From a virus (Duplodnaviria; Heunggongvirae; Uroviricota; Caudoviricetes): a stretch of DNA of 64,000 nt. Below the pieces are notes generated by a model. That model was given only the letters and a program-made list of their open reading frames with translations, did not search any database and had not been told where the DNA came from. The stretch lies in IMG/VR virus record IMGVR_UViG_3300025011_000002. One strand, written 5' to 3'. The translations under genes and the position numbers were made by a program. Positions 19,301-28,616 of the stretch are shown here, in pieces (within the stretch, counting starts at the first letter, position 1; the number at the start of each line of letters is the position of its first letter).

Positions 19301-19926
19301 AAAGCATCATCTTTTGAAGCGTAATGAGCATCATTCTGTATTATTAAAGGTAAGTTGTACTTCTTAGCCAATTCTATTAAAAACTCATTATATTCTCTTT
19401 GACCTTTTATTCCATGTTCTTGGAGTTCTAAATAAAATCTTCCTTCAAAAATATCAATATATTGTTCAATTATAGGCTCTATATCTACATTATCAAAATA
19501 TGGTTTAGCAAAAATACCGCCCATACAAGCAGTTGTAACTATTAAACCTTCATTAAATTCTTTTAATTTAGAAAAAGTTATTCTTGGTTTTCTGTAAAAG
19601 TTTTTCCAAGAATAATTATGTAGTTTAATTAAATTATTCCATCCATCATTATTATATGCAATAACTACAATGTGCATATTATCATTTATATTTTCTTCTT
19701 CATTAGCTGTTAAATAAAATTCACAAGCAAGAATTGGTTTAATATCTGCTTTATTACATTTTTTATATAATTCTAAACATCCAGACAATTCGCCATGATT
19801 AGCTAAACCTATAGATTTAATATTATTATCTATAGCCCATTGTATATATTGGTCTGTTTGTAATATTCCATCTAATAAACTATAGACATTATGCGTATGA
19901 AACGGTATCATTTCTAAATTATTCAA
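16336..19926 (-). CDS. dnaE: DNA polymerase III alpha subunit (DnaE-type, N-terminal PHP domain)
   Basis: 1196 aa. PHP motifs 'FHTHNVYSLLDGILQ', 'GLANHGELSG'. Size and organisation of bacterial replicative Pol C-family alpha. Confidence 0.8.
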   Translation of the reverse strand: MNNLEMIPFHTHNVYSLLDGILQTDQYIQWAIDNNIKSIGLANHGELSGCLELYKKCNKADIKPILACEFYLTANEEENINDNMHIVVIAYNNDGWNNLIKLHNYSWKNFYRKPRITFSKLKEFNEGLIVTTACMGGIFAKPYFDNVDIEPIIEQYIDIFEGRFYLELQEHGIKGQREYNEFLIELAKKYNLPLIIQNDAHYASKDDAFAHEVLLCKNTGSKMSSEKRFKFDTNEFYLKNKSELKEIFDYLPDDIFEECILNTNIIADSCNVILKQDGYNYPVFSEDKKESFRKLVELTKQGYVERFKDRVVDTKIYIDRLKYELETINQIGFVDYFILLYDMYQFCEKEDIYTGFGRGSATASLVLYCLNVTHIDPIEYNLYFERFINIHRISAPDVDCDIDDNDRYKVIDYLTKKYGDDYVAYISTYGTFTSKASFKAVASILEMPFQDANKITNYINTKQTLAQNLQENNILQELYNNNELFKKIYDVAGKLENIKDKRGLHACGQIISNQPLDNICPAVVVKDTKGNKVKASAFSMKEVDGDLKLLKLDVLGLSNLSIVRECIETIKKQHDIFIDFKKLDFKDKKTYDMLCDGDSFGVFQFESKLMKSLLRKIRPRTLEELSVVNAAARPGALDSKLTEAYIRRRNGEEEISYLCPTLENYMKDTLGLMIYQENVMQVVRELADFSMAEADSMRYVIGKKVIKDMPLQKQKFIDGCVNNGYEQVFAERVFSDIEKFANYGFALPHSIAYSALSYVTAYLKCNYRVEYMTSYLNAISNNADKLSSCIANCFQTGIKILPPDINISTDKFEIDENNNIRFSFSSLKGLGEAVIKPLMQERNKNGNFKSIEDLIKRVPKLDKSAIECLCRVGALNSIIEKPYNAKFYYNLTEYISDAKKNTEQNIMYSVMEIIAKKKHKNSDEYKQLMENKKSIKGASKQAKKDKQLIDIDIDKLYNNIYENIEEDLLCDDFTKAEYSASEEELMGYSISFHPLILFAKYDKYFDYTSMPDLLDEESNYEYLCLDDNGYAVEFSTIALIENIKEITTRNNNKMGFVEVQYLGSKVSFSCPPWIWEKLNKELYNKGDLVLIKGTMEENDNKSFSDYRFGLKNISKLTFINNDDNMAIIDINDKTNQDMAKIRNIIKDLSRLNISDNKEIKYITIFKKDNRLKILKSIYWLSDKKELMSELYHNNLI

Positions 19927-19998
19927 AATTATTTTCCTTATAAAAATATTCTATACATTACATATAGAATATCATATTTTTAATAAAATTACAAGATG

Positions 19999-20169
19999 TT
20001 ATTTATTAAGTTCTTTTATCATTTTATCTATTTTATTTGAACCTGCAACCGCATTATTATAAACAGAAGAATTTTGAGATTCATAACTATTACGAATATC
20101 ATCCATATAATTTTCGTATTCTATTATTTTATCAAAATATAATTGTAGTATTTTTAAATCATTAATCAT
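19999..20169 (-). CDS. small hypothetical protein
   Basis: 56-aa ORF between cca and dnaE. Confidence 0.25.
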   Translation of the reverse strand: MINDLKILQLYFDKIIEYENYMDDIRNSYESQNSSVYNNAVAGSNKIDKMIKELNK

Positions 20170-21478
20170 ATTTCGCCTCTTTTATTTTATCTAATAATAT
20201 TTCTCTTTTATTTTCTATTTCTTCATTTATTACCATATCAAATAAAATGTTTAAAATATCACCCACTTGTTTTGATGGAGGGATATTTAATATTTTCATA
20301 ACATCAGTTCCATCAATTTCAAGCATTTTCGGACTCAATGGAGGTTTTTCATTTATAACTTCCATAAATCTTCTATATAAACACCATTCGACAAAAAACT
20401 CACTATTATATAAAACATTACCTTTTTTATCAGCATATCTTAAATAAATAAAATCTTTTAAAGGTATATTTTTATCAGATAATTGAGCCAATGTTCTTCT
20501 CATGCTTTTTTTACCAATAACATGATTCATATGAAATAAACTTAAATATTTAACATAATCAACAATATCGTTAGGAAATTTTAAATGATTTTTTAAATCA
20601 TCAACAATATTATCTAAGCCTAAAGTATTATGTCCACAGAAAGTATTAAATCCTTTATCATTAATAATAGGCGAATGTTTTCCAGCATCATGATAAAGAC
20701 AGGCTAATTTCAACTGCCAATTTTTATCTTCAACAGCTTTAACAGCACCTAAAGAATGAGTAAATACAGTTTCATTATGATAACCGCCACCATCTATTCC
20801 TTTTAATTTAAATATACTTGGAAATAATATTTCAAACATTTCCATTTCATCTAACATTGTTAAGAATCTATGCGTATTATCTGTTTTAAAGGCTTTAATA
20901 ATTTCTAACTGTAATCTTTCTTTAGGAACATCTTTTAATTTATTCCTACACTCAATCATAGCAAAGTAAGTTTCTTTTTCGATAGTTAGATTATATTTAG
21001 ATGCAAATCTAACACCTCTAAGTATTCTTATCGGGTCTTCTTCTATTCTTTGCCATGGATTGCCTATAAATCTAAGTATTCTATTATTAATATCATCAAT
21101 ACCGCCAACATAATCTAATATTTTTTTACATACAATTCCATAACCCATACCATTTATGGTAAAATCTCTGCGTAAAATATCTTCTTCTAATGTTTCTACT
21201 GGAATTGCATTTTCTGCATTATCTTGTCTATATGTTGCAACTTCAATTCCATCAATTAATGAAACTAAAAAACTATTTCCTGCTATTTTTGCTTGTGGGA
21301 ATAATGTAATAATATTATCTGGAGTAGCAGATGTAACTAAATCAAAATCTACAGGCTGTTTACCCATCATATAATCACGACAAGCACCGCCAACAATAAA
21401 TACTTCATAATTATTAGCTTTTAATATTCTCATTATATTTTTTATATTATCTGGTATTTTCATTTTATTATAACTCAT
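20162..21478 (-). CDS. cca: tRNA nucleotidyltransferase (CCA-adding enzyme) with HD domain
   Basis: 'FIVGGACRDYMMGKQPVDFDLVT' (GGxxRD...DxD), 'EVATYRQD', HD motif 'CLYHDAGKH'. Confidence 0.8.
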   Translation of the reverse strand: MSYNKMKIPDNIKNIMRILKANNYEVFIVGGACRDYMMGKQPVDFDLVTSATPDNIITLFPQAKIAGNSFLVSLIDGIEVATYRQDNAENAIPVETLEEDILRRDFTINGMGYGIVCKKILDYVGGIDDINNRILRFIGNPWQRIEEDPIRILRGVRFASKYNLTIEKETYFAMIECRNKLKDVPKERLQLEIIKAFKTDNTHRFLTMLDEMEMFEILFPSIFKLKGIDGGGYHNETVFTHSLGAVKAVEDKNWQLKLACLYHDAGKHSPIINDKGFNTFCGHNTLGLDNIVDDLKNHLKFPNDIVDYVKYLSLFHMNHVIGKKSMRRTLAQLSDKNIPLKDFIYLRYADKKGNVLYNSEFFVEWCLYRRFMEVINEKPPLSPKMLEIDGTDVMKILNIPPSKQVGDILNILFDMVINEEIENKREILLDKIKEAKYD

Positions 21479-21944
21479 ATACTAATACTTCAAAATCTTT
21501 TAATTCTTCTTCTATAATTCTTTCTATAATATTCCAATCTCCACCGCCTAAACCAGCACCTATTTTTGGCATAGCGATTTGACTTATATTATTTGGTTCA
21601 TTATACCAATCTTTATATTTTTTACAATATTTAGGAATATATTTAAAACAACTTCTAAGAGCTGGATAACTTACATATTGTTTGCCATCTTTCCCATAAT
21701 ATTGTTGGGTTATTGCATTTAATATATGTATATTTTTATTATTTTCTCTTGTTCTTACTGGAATAACATTACCTAAATATAAAAGTCCACATTCATATTG
21801 TTCTCTATAATATTTATAAGCTAATGGGTATTTATTTTTAATAGTTAATGCGACTCCAGAACCCATTACTCCTTGAGCATTACACCCATGGACTATAATA
21901 TTTACATCTGTTTGTAATAAATCACCTTTAATATATGTAATCAT
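21468..21944 (-). CDS. macro domain protein (ADP-ribose binding/processing)
   Basis: 'NIIVHGCNAQGVMGSGVALTIKNKYP' matches the macro-domain core. Confidence 0.6.
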   Translation of the reverse strand: MITYIKGDLLQTDVNIIVHGCNAQGVMGSGVALTIKNKYPLAYKYYREQYECGLLYLGNVIPVRTRENNKNIHILNAITQQYYGKDGKQYVSYPALRSCFKYIPKYCKKYKDWYNEPNNISQIAMPKIGAGLGGGDWNIIERIIEEELKDFEVLVYEL

Positions 21945-22209
21945 TTTAATAAACCTTTAATAATATATTACATCTACTATTTTATCATACTTTTTAGCTA
22001 AGTCAATACTATGTTTTAATACGAGTAGTTCTTCCCATTATATAAAAATCTCATACCAATAACATGAAAATAATATCCAACATATAAATGTCATTACAAA
22101 TGTAAATAATAATAACCAAGTTTGAGTATAATTTATCCAAGTTCTATTAGCAAAATAAAGTTCTACTTCAATATAATCTTTTATTTTTTGTATAAAATAT
22201 TTTATTTCA

Positions 22210-22713
22210 TTAATCATATTTATGCCTTCTTTGATTATAGTTTTGCTCTTCTGTTGTAGCCCACCTACAATTATTTAATTCATAATTCCCATCAACATCT
22301 ATTCTATCTATACTTGTATCTTTTTCGCCAAAATCTTTACAATGTTCTAAATATTTTTCATACATATCGTCTCTAAAATTTTCAAAAGATTCAAGCCATC
22401 TATCGCAAACTTTTATTCCACGTTCTCCATAATTCTTATAATCTTTATTATTTATATTATTACATCTTTGAATAATATGAGAATATGTATTATAAAATCT
22501 TGTTTTAGACATATTATGTGTTATTTTATTCTTATTTATAATACATCCGCAAGATTTAATTGTTCCTCTTTTTATACAAGAAGATGATACTATAGTTTCT
22601 TTGCCACAATCACACAAGCATTTCCATAGCATTCTTCCTTGTTTTGTCTTACCAACTATTTCTAAAGCGGTTAAATTATTATTTTTAAATCCAGTTAAAT
22701 TTAAAATTCTCAT
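22210..22713 (-). CDS. homing-endonuclease-like protein, paralog family member 3 (lacks C-terminal module)
   Basis: 'LWKCLCDCGKE...KSCGC', 'TRFYNTYSHIIQRC...YKNYGERGIKVCDRW', 'SIDRIDVDGNYELNNCRWATTEEQ'. Confidence 0.5.
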   Translation of the reverse strand: MRILNLTGFKNNNLTALEIVGKTKQGRMLWKCLCDCGKETIVSSSCIKRGTIKSCGCIINKNKITHNMSKTRFYNTYSHIIQRCNNINNKDYKNYGERGIKVCDRWLESFENFRDDMYEKYLEHCKDFGEKDTSIDRIDVDGNYELNNCRWATTEEQNYNQRRHKYD

Positions 22714-22964
22714 TATAATGCTTTATCTTCATCTGGTTCATCTCTTAAATGAACAAATTTAGGATATAATATTATTTCATCTTTTGTTTCTTCTATTGTT
22801 AAAATATCATAAGCATTAAAGCCAAGTTCTATTAAAACTTCTTTATCTTGACCTTTTTGCTGTAATATTTTTATTAAGTCTTTAACTAAAAATGGGCTGT
22901 GCATTATTATTTTCTCCATTAAATAAGTGATAATATTCACAATCTTTACTATCGCAAGATTCAC
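22713..22964 (-). CDS. hypothetical protein
   Basis: 83-aa ORF. Confidence 0.3.
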   Translation of the reverse strand: MNLAIVKIVNIITYLMEKIIMHSPFLVKDLIKILQQKGQDKEVLIELGFNAYDILTIEETKDEIILYPKFVHLRDEPDEDKAL

Positions 22965-23071
22965 AACTTATATCATATGTTTCAGAATAATTGCCAAAAT
23001 CATCATATTCTTTGTAAACATTTACAATTTTAGGTTCACATTCTAAATTTGATTCATTTATTTGTTTCATA

Positions 23072-23602
23072 TTACACCTCATAAAATTGTGTGTTAGTCC
23101 TATTTTCTAACTTTAATATGCAGTCATCAATATGAATTGGTGTGAAATTAATACAATCTACAGAAACATCCATGCTTCTACCAAATACTTGTTTTAATGT
23201 ACCATGTTCATGACCGAAAAAGTGGTAGCTACCATGAAAGCATCTATCCCAACGCAAATGTGGGAAATGCGATAAGAAAATAAAATTATTGTTGTATAAA
23301 AATCCTTTAGTTTCATAAAATCCACCTATTAATCCTTCATTCTTGGCGTATGCCAATTCTTTTATTCTATCGTGATTACCTTTTATAACAATAATAAACC
23401 CATTTAATCTTTTTAAAATATTATAATCTCTAAATGAAATATCTCCTAAATGATATATAGTATCATTTTTTTTAACAACACTATTCCAATTTTTAACTAT
23501 TGTTTCATCTTGTTCTTGGTATGAATAAAAAGGTCTATTACAATGTTTAATAATATTTGCATGAGAGAAATGAGTATCACTTATTAAAAATGTTTCTACC
23601 AT
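23072..23602 (-). CDS. calcineurin-like metallophosphoesterase
   Basis: 'LISDTHFSH', 'YHLGDISF', 'IKGNHDR', 'HFPHLRW', 'GHEH'. Confidence 0.65.
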   Translation of the reverse strand: MVETFLISDTHFSHANIIKHCNRPFYSYQEQDETIVKNWNSVVKKNDTIYHLGDISFRDYNILKRLNGFIIVIKGNHDRIKELAYAKNEGLIGGFYETKGFLYNNNFIFLSHFPHLRWDRCFHGSYHFFGHEHGTLKQVFGRSMDVSVDCINFTPIHIDDCILKLENRTNTQFYEV

Positions 23603-23821
23603 CTTTCTCCTGCTCCTTTTAACTCTCTTAATAAGATGTTAGCTTTTTTTAATTTATTAAGAGTTTTATAAAATAAATTATCTGGAACAAAATCTCCATC
23701 TTGTATTGCTTCTACAATATTCATAAATCTAGCATATCTTCCATGATAATCTTCTAAAATTGATTTTTTATATCCTTTAACGCAATGAATATAAGCATCT
23801 CTTTCTGATGCAGTAATTCTT

Positions 23822-24073
23822 CTATTTTTTTAAATTTTCTGCAATTTCTTCTAAATTTGTAGCCTCATCATCTCTTCTTCCTCTAATATGAGTAGGAGTA
23901 ACTGTTACATTTTGTCCAACCCAAGGGCTAACATAAGATTCTCTTTCTCTCACTCTAACAAGGTCAGACATAGAAAGATGTCTCCAATCAGTATTATCAG
24001 ATGCAGCCCATACGCCACTATCTAAGTTTGGCATTTGAATATTAATTGTTCTATCGTTTCTTGGTTCACTCAT
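23822..24073 (-). CDS. hypothetical protein
   Basis: 83-aa ORF. Confidence 0.3.
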   Translation of the reverse strand: MSEPRNDRTINIQMPNLDSGVWAASDNTDWRHLSMSDLVRVRERESYVSPWVGQNVTVTPTHIRGRRDDEATNLEEIAENLKK

Positions 24074-24303
24074 TTTTTTACTTTCACCTTATTATTTAAT
24101 ATAATCAACTGCTTATAAATATCGCTTTGTGTTTTTAATTGCATTGCTTGTACACAATTATAATCATTAAAAAAATCTGTTTTATCATTACAATAATAAT
24201 TCATTGTTTCTTTTACTTTTTGCTCTTCTTCTTTTGTTAATGCAAAAGCACTACCACTACATAATAAACAAATTAGAACTAAGGAACAGATTCTTTTAAC
24301 CAT
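24070..24303 (-). CDS. small secreted/signal-peptide protein
   Basis: N-terminal 'MVKRICSLVLICLLCSGSAFALTKEEE' signal-like; two Cys in the mature part. Confidence 0.35.
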   Translation of the reverse strand: MVKRICSLVLICLLCSGSAFALTKEEEQKVKETMNYYCNDKTDFFNDYNCVQAMQLKTQSDIYKQLIILNNKVKVKK

Positions 24304-24646
24304 AAATAATCTCCTACTTTGTCAAATAATTGCCACAAGATATTTTTAAATTTTCAGAAACAAGTGTTATAAATAAATTTTCTAATTCTATTCTAGTCAA
24401 TTCTTTTATAGTTCTATTTTTTCAGAAGGATATGATATATACATTTCTACATATTCACCTTCTTCAACATCTACTCTTATTCTTGCATTGCTCATTTCTG
24501 CAATTATAGTTTCTTTTATTGATATTGTTTTCATATCTTTCTCCTTTATTATATATTTTATTATAACATATTTTTAAATTAAGTCAATATATAATTAAAA
24601 TAAAAACCCTGATGAAGCAGGGTTAAAAATGGAGGCAGGTTTTTTA

Positions 24647-25213
24647 TTAATAATATTTTTTTTCTTCTTTTGATATATGAAATTCTATTAATACAAGTAA
24701 ATTCCATATCATAGAACAAATATGTGGAACTCCACTCTCTTTATCTATCCATTCTCCAGATAGCCATCTAAAGGTGTGACGAAGGAATGCTTTTCTATAT
24801 CTTGGAATAGGATTTTTAACCTTACTCCAATTTTTTTCTTCTACTCCCTCTTTATATTTTTTAGCACCATAATTAGGGGCTTGTGCAACATATCCTAGCG
24901 CATTTGGAAAATGACACATTAATATTTCTAAATTAGGTTTCTCTTCATCATCTTTTTTGCCCTCTTCTTCAAGTTCTTCTTTTATTTCTTTATCTTGTTC
25001 TATAGGCTCATTATCATAATCTACATTAATAGCATCAACTGGACAACATTCTAATGCTTCTTCAATTTCTCCCATATTATAAGGAATATTAGTTTCGTTT
25101 ACTTCTGCTACATCTTCTACCGTAAATACTGCTTCACAAATAGATTGACAAGCACCGCATCCAATACATTGCATATTATCTATGTAAACTTTTGTTATTT
25201 TTATTTTATCCAT
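24647..25213 (-). CDS. 4Fe-4S ferredoxin-domain protein fused to a C-terminal domain of unknown function
   Basis: 'CIGCGACQSIC' and 'CCPVDAI' cluster motifs; C-terminal ~100 aa unassigned. Confidence 0.45.
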   Translation of the reverse strand: MDKIKITKVYIDNMQCIGCGACQSICEAVFTVEDVAEVNETNIPYNMGEIEEALECCPVDAINVDYDNEPIEQDKEIKEELEEEGKKDDEEKPNLEILMCHFPNALGYVAQAPNYGAKKYKEGVEEKNWSKVKNPIPRYRKAFLRHTFRWLSGEWIDKESGVPHICSMIWNLLVLIEFHISKEEKKYY

Positions 25214-25224
25214 TTTATTCTCCT

Positions 25225-26100
25225 TTATAAAATATCTTCATCTTCTACTTTTTTATATTCTTGACACATTGCTATTAATACTGCTTCTGCTTCATTATCA
25301 TTATTTGTTACATATCCTGTTAAATCATTACAAAATTTAATTGACTGTTTTTTATATTCATTTCTTCTTCTTAATAAATATTTTGAATTATTTTCATCTT
25401 TTTCTTTTTCTGGTAAATCATATAGTAGTTCATTCTGCCATATTTTAGGACTTACTGAATAATAATTAATATTAAATAATTTTAATATACAGGTATTTAT
25501 GCCATAAATTTCTCCAGATTTAATAAGGGTGTCAGCATCAATGCCCATAGCACTTTGTCTTATAGGTGCTTCAATTATAGCATAATCAATATAAATCCAA
25601 AATCTTGCAATAAAATTATATAATATACGAGTATTATATTCTTTTTTTATTGATAAAGCTCTTCTTTTTGACCTTAATCCTTTTCTAATATTAAACAATC
25701 TTCTTAATTCTGATAATTCTTTTATAAAATCATTATACTTATTATATTCAGAATCTTTTTTATTAAAATTATCTCTTTTTTTTCTATATACAGTTATTTG
25801 TTTTGATAATTCATCATATTTTATTTTTGAACTTGGAATATCTTTATTCTTATTTACTTTTCTTATTTCTGATTCAAGCTCTTTAATTTCATCAATATAT
25901 TTATTTGTACTTTCTGGGAATTGACAAGAATCAATTACTTTATTATTTTCATCAACAATAGCCCAATATCCAAGTTCTCCATTATCAATACCTAATCTAT
26001 ATTTAGGAGGACATTTAACACCGCTATTTTTTATCATATTCTCCATAGCTTCTTTAATATCTTCAATAGGATTATTTTCTTTTTCATTATATTTCTTCAT
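25225..26100 (-). CDS. RuvC-like (RNase H fold) Holliday junction resolvase candidate
   Basis: 'RLGIDNGELGYWAIVDEN' and C-terminal 'NDNEAEAVLIAMC' resemble the RuvC/YqgF catalytic motifs. Confidence 0.4.
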   Translation of the reverse strand: MKKYNEKENNPIEDIKEAMENMIKNSGVKCPPKYRLGIDNGELGYWAIVDENNKVIDSCQFPESTNKYIDEIKELESEIRKVNKNKDIPSSKIKYDELSKQITVYRKKRDNFNKKDSEYNKYNDFIKELSELRRLFNIRKGLRSKRRALSIKKEYNTRILYNFIARFWIYIDYAIIEAPIRQSAMGIDADTLIKSGEIYGINTCILKLFNINYYSVSPKIWQNELLYDLPEKEKDENNSKYLLRRRNEYKKQSIKFCNDLTGYVTNNDNEAEAVLIAMCQEYKKVEDEDIL

Positions 26101-26450
26101 AAATATTTTTCAATCCATCTTAATTCTTCATAATAATTTAATCCATTTGCTTCTATTTTTTTAATTTTATTTAAATATTTTTTTATAAAATATGTTGTTT
26201 TTGAATTTATAAAAATAAATTCTTCTAAACTTAAATTTCTTTTCTTTATATTATTGCATATATTGCAGCAAAATATTATATTTTTTAATTCTATAATTCC
26301 ACCTTTGCTTTTAGGAACAACATGGTCTATAGATACTTTTCTTTTTTTATCATAAATTTTGCCACAATAAGCGCATTTAATATTAAATTTTTTTATATAA
26401 TCTCCAACAATATATCTTATACTACGAACATATTTTTTTGGAGTCTGCAT
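26097..26450 (-). CDS. HNH endonuclease
   Basis: 'CAYCGKIYDKKRKVSIDHVVPKSKGGIIELKNIIFCCNICNNIKK'. Confidence 0.65.
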   Translation of the reverse strand: MQTPKKYVRSIRYIVGDYIKKFNIKCAYCGKIYDKKRKVSIDHVVPKSKGGIIELKNIIFCCNICNNIKKRNLSLEEFIFINSKTTYFIKKYLNKIKKIEANGLNYYEELRWIEKYL

Positions 26451-26460
26451 TTATTTTATC

Positions 26461-26682
26461 CTAACAAATATTTTCTATAAGTTTAAATTCAAGATAAGTT
26501 ACATTTTCTCCGTCTATTTTTCTGGTAACTTTTTCTTGTTGTAAAACATATCCTTCTGGTGGATTTGCTCTTATAGTACTTATTATTCTATCTGCATGAG
26601 CAGATTTAACAAGAACACATGCTTGATGATTGCTTAATTTTCTTTGTTTTAATGTTTGAAGTATTACTTGTTTTTTAGACAT
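26461..26682 (-). CDS. hypothetical protein
   Basis: 73-aa ORF. Confidence 0.3.
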   Translation of the reverse strand: MSKKQVILQTLKQRKLSNHQACVLVKSAHADRIISTIRANPPEGYVLQQEKVTRKIDGENVTYLEFKLIENIC

Positions 26683-26693
26683 TATTATTCTCC

Positions 26694-28115
26694 TTATTTA
26701 ATGTTTTCTAAAATATCTGCAATATCTTTATCGTCTCTTATTTCTACCCATACAGGATGATTTAAAGTATATATTACTTTATCTTGTCCTAATTTTTTTT
26801 CATTATATTCTACACATAATATTTTATTTAAAAATTCTTCTTTATGATTCCAAATATATTTACATAAATCTGGAGTTCTTGGTTTAACATTTACAAATAA
26901 TTTATTGTCAGAAGATTTGCAATATACAGCTCCACAGGCATTTTCTAAAGCACCCTTACCTTCAATAAAATCTATTATTTGTAAATCACAATCTTCTTTA
27001 GCTTTAACTTTAAATGCAGAAGATTTTGTATCTTTCCAAATAGAATCATAATTTTTAATTACAAGTCCTTCTTCTTTTCTTTTTATAACTTCATTAAAAT
27101 ATTCCATTATTTCTTCATAACTATTACATATTCTATGCTCTGGAATACTGATATGTTCAAAATCATAATATTCTAATGTTTCAAGCAATAATTTAAATCT
27201 ATCTACACAAGGTAATTTAAATTCTTTATTAATAAAATTATGCCAAGGTATAAAATCCCAAATTTTATATACAATATATTCATTTAAATATATTGGTCTT
27301 TTTTCATCTCTTAATAGACCATTACCTATTTCTCTTGCCAAATATTCTTTATTTAAAGATTGTTCATGTCTTAAAGCTTTAATTTCATCTTCATCTTTTG
27401 TTTTAGATAATAAATATCTAAATACTTTTTCTTCTGCTAATATTCTTATCTCGCCAGTAAATACTAATTTATCATAGCCAAATGTTATAGCAAAATTTAC
27501 TAATTCTTCATCTAATATATTTCCTAATGCTAAAGGTTTACCTTGTCTTGATATATATTGTACTTTAGCAGGAACTAAATCTATAATAGCATTACAAAAT
27601 AATCCATCTTCTTTCATTTGCGCAAGACATGGATATTTAATTTTGTTTATATTTTTTTCACTTAATCCAGTTGCTCCAAGATAAGGATAATCAAAACTAA
27701 AATCATTCCAAACTTTATTAAAAGTAGAAATATCACAACCAAGATGAAGTGTTTTAAATAAAATGCCCTTGCAAAGTTCTTGTTCTGATTCGCTATTTAA
27801 AGATTTAATAAATAAAAATATTTTAATAACATCTTCGTTTTTTGCAGCTTTTAAACAACTTAATTTATCTAATAATTCTTTAAAATTTTCCCATATTAAA
27901 TATTGTTTCTGAACAGAATATGCTTTCCCTTCTAAACATTTATTAAATTTAGCTTCTTTTATTCCATATTGAAAATTAGGATTATATGTATAAAATAATA
28001 TTTCTTTAAGCAAATCATTATAGCTATTTGTTTTTAAAAATTCAATAGCATCATTTCCAGAAGTTTCTCTTAAAATATTTAATATTTCAATTATATTATT
28101 CATATAAATCTTCAC
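26694..28115 (-). CDS. ATP-dependent DNA ligase
   Basis: Motif I 'AQMKEDGLFCN' (KxDG), motif III 'LVFTGEI', motif IV 'EGLVIK', motif V 'WKDTKSSAFKVKAK'. Confidence 0.65.
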   Translation of the reverse strand: MKIYMNNIIEILNILRETSGNDAIEFLKTNSYNDLLKEILFYTYNPNFQYGIKEAKFNKCLEGKAYSVQKQYLIWENFKELLDKLSCLKAAKNEDVIKIFLFIKSLNSESEQELCKGILFKTLHLGCDISTFNKVWNDFSFDYPYLGATGLSEKNINKIKYPCLAQMKEDGLFCNAIIDLVPAKVQYISRQGKPLALGNILDEELVNFAITFGYDKLVFTGEIRILAEEKVFRYLLSKTKDEDEIKALRHEQSLNKEYLAREIGNGLLRDEKRPIYLNEYIVYKIWDFIPWHNFINKEFKLPCVDRFKLLLETLEYYDFEHISIPEHRICNSYEEIMEYFNEVIKRKEEGLVIKNYDSIWKDTKSSAFKVKAKEDCDLQIIDFIEGKGALENACGAVYCKSSDNKLFVNVKPRTPDLCKYIWNHKEEFLNKILCVEYNEKKLGQDKVIYTLNHPVWVEIRDDKDIADILENIK

Positions 28116-28599
28116 CTACTATATTTTTATCAGTATATCTTTCTATAATTCTATAAACAATTGATTCTACATCCCAATATTTTTTAGTAAATTCTATAAC
28201 ATCTTTTATAGGAAAATCTTTACAAGAATATAAATCTATTGTTATAAAATTTTCAAAAGCCCAACAATGAATAGCCGAATGAGATTCACACCAAGTAATA
28301 GTTCCAGTACAACCACTTATTTCATTTTCTCTGGCAACTATTCTATCTCTCATTTTTTTAACTATAGGATGTTCTTTTAATCCAGCATTTTCTAATTCAT
28401 CTGTATATGAATCAATTTCATTAGCAAAAGGAAGATTAAAAACTCTTGGGGCTTCCATAGCAGTCATTTTTGCTACTTTAGTTACATCTCTTAAATATTT
28501 ATCAGTATGTTTTATATTAGATAATAGATGTCTATTTTCTTCTTTAGTATTAACTTGTATTATGATATGGTCGCCTGTATATAAACTTTCTTTTGCCAT
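28096..28599 (-). CDS. speH: S-adenosylmethionine decarboxylase proenzyme (pyruvoyl-dependent, SpeH-like)
   Basis: 'ITWCESHSAIHCWAFENFITIDLYSCK' matches the bacterial AdoMetDC 'ESHxxxHTWPE...CG' region. Confidence 0.55.
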   Translation of the reverse strand: MAKESLYTGDHIIIQVNTKEENRHLLSNIKHTDKYLRDVTKVAKMTAMEAPRVFNLPFANEIDSYTDELENAGLKEHPIVKKMRDRIVARENEISGCTGTITWCESHSAIHCWAFENFITIDLYSCKDFPIKDVIEFTKKYWDVESIVYRIIERYTDKNIVGEDLYE

Positions 28600-28616
28600 G
28601 ATTACCTCTTATTCTA

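Noticed and set aside
23603-23821. Unannotated ~220-bp gap with an ATG-less open frame (possible frameshifted gene)
   Set aside because: The only ATG-initiated reading is 41 aa (MNIVEAIQ...), there is no recognisable motif, and it could be a leader or 5' UTR.
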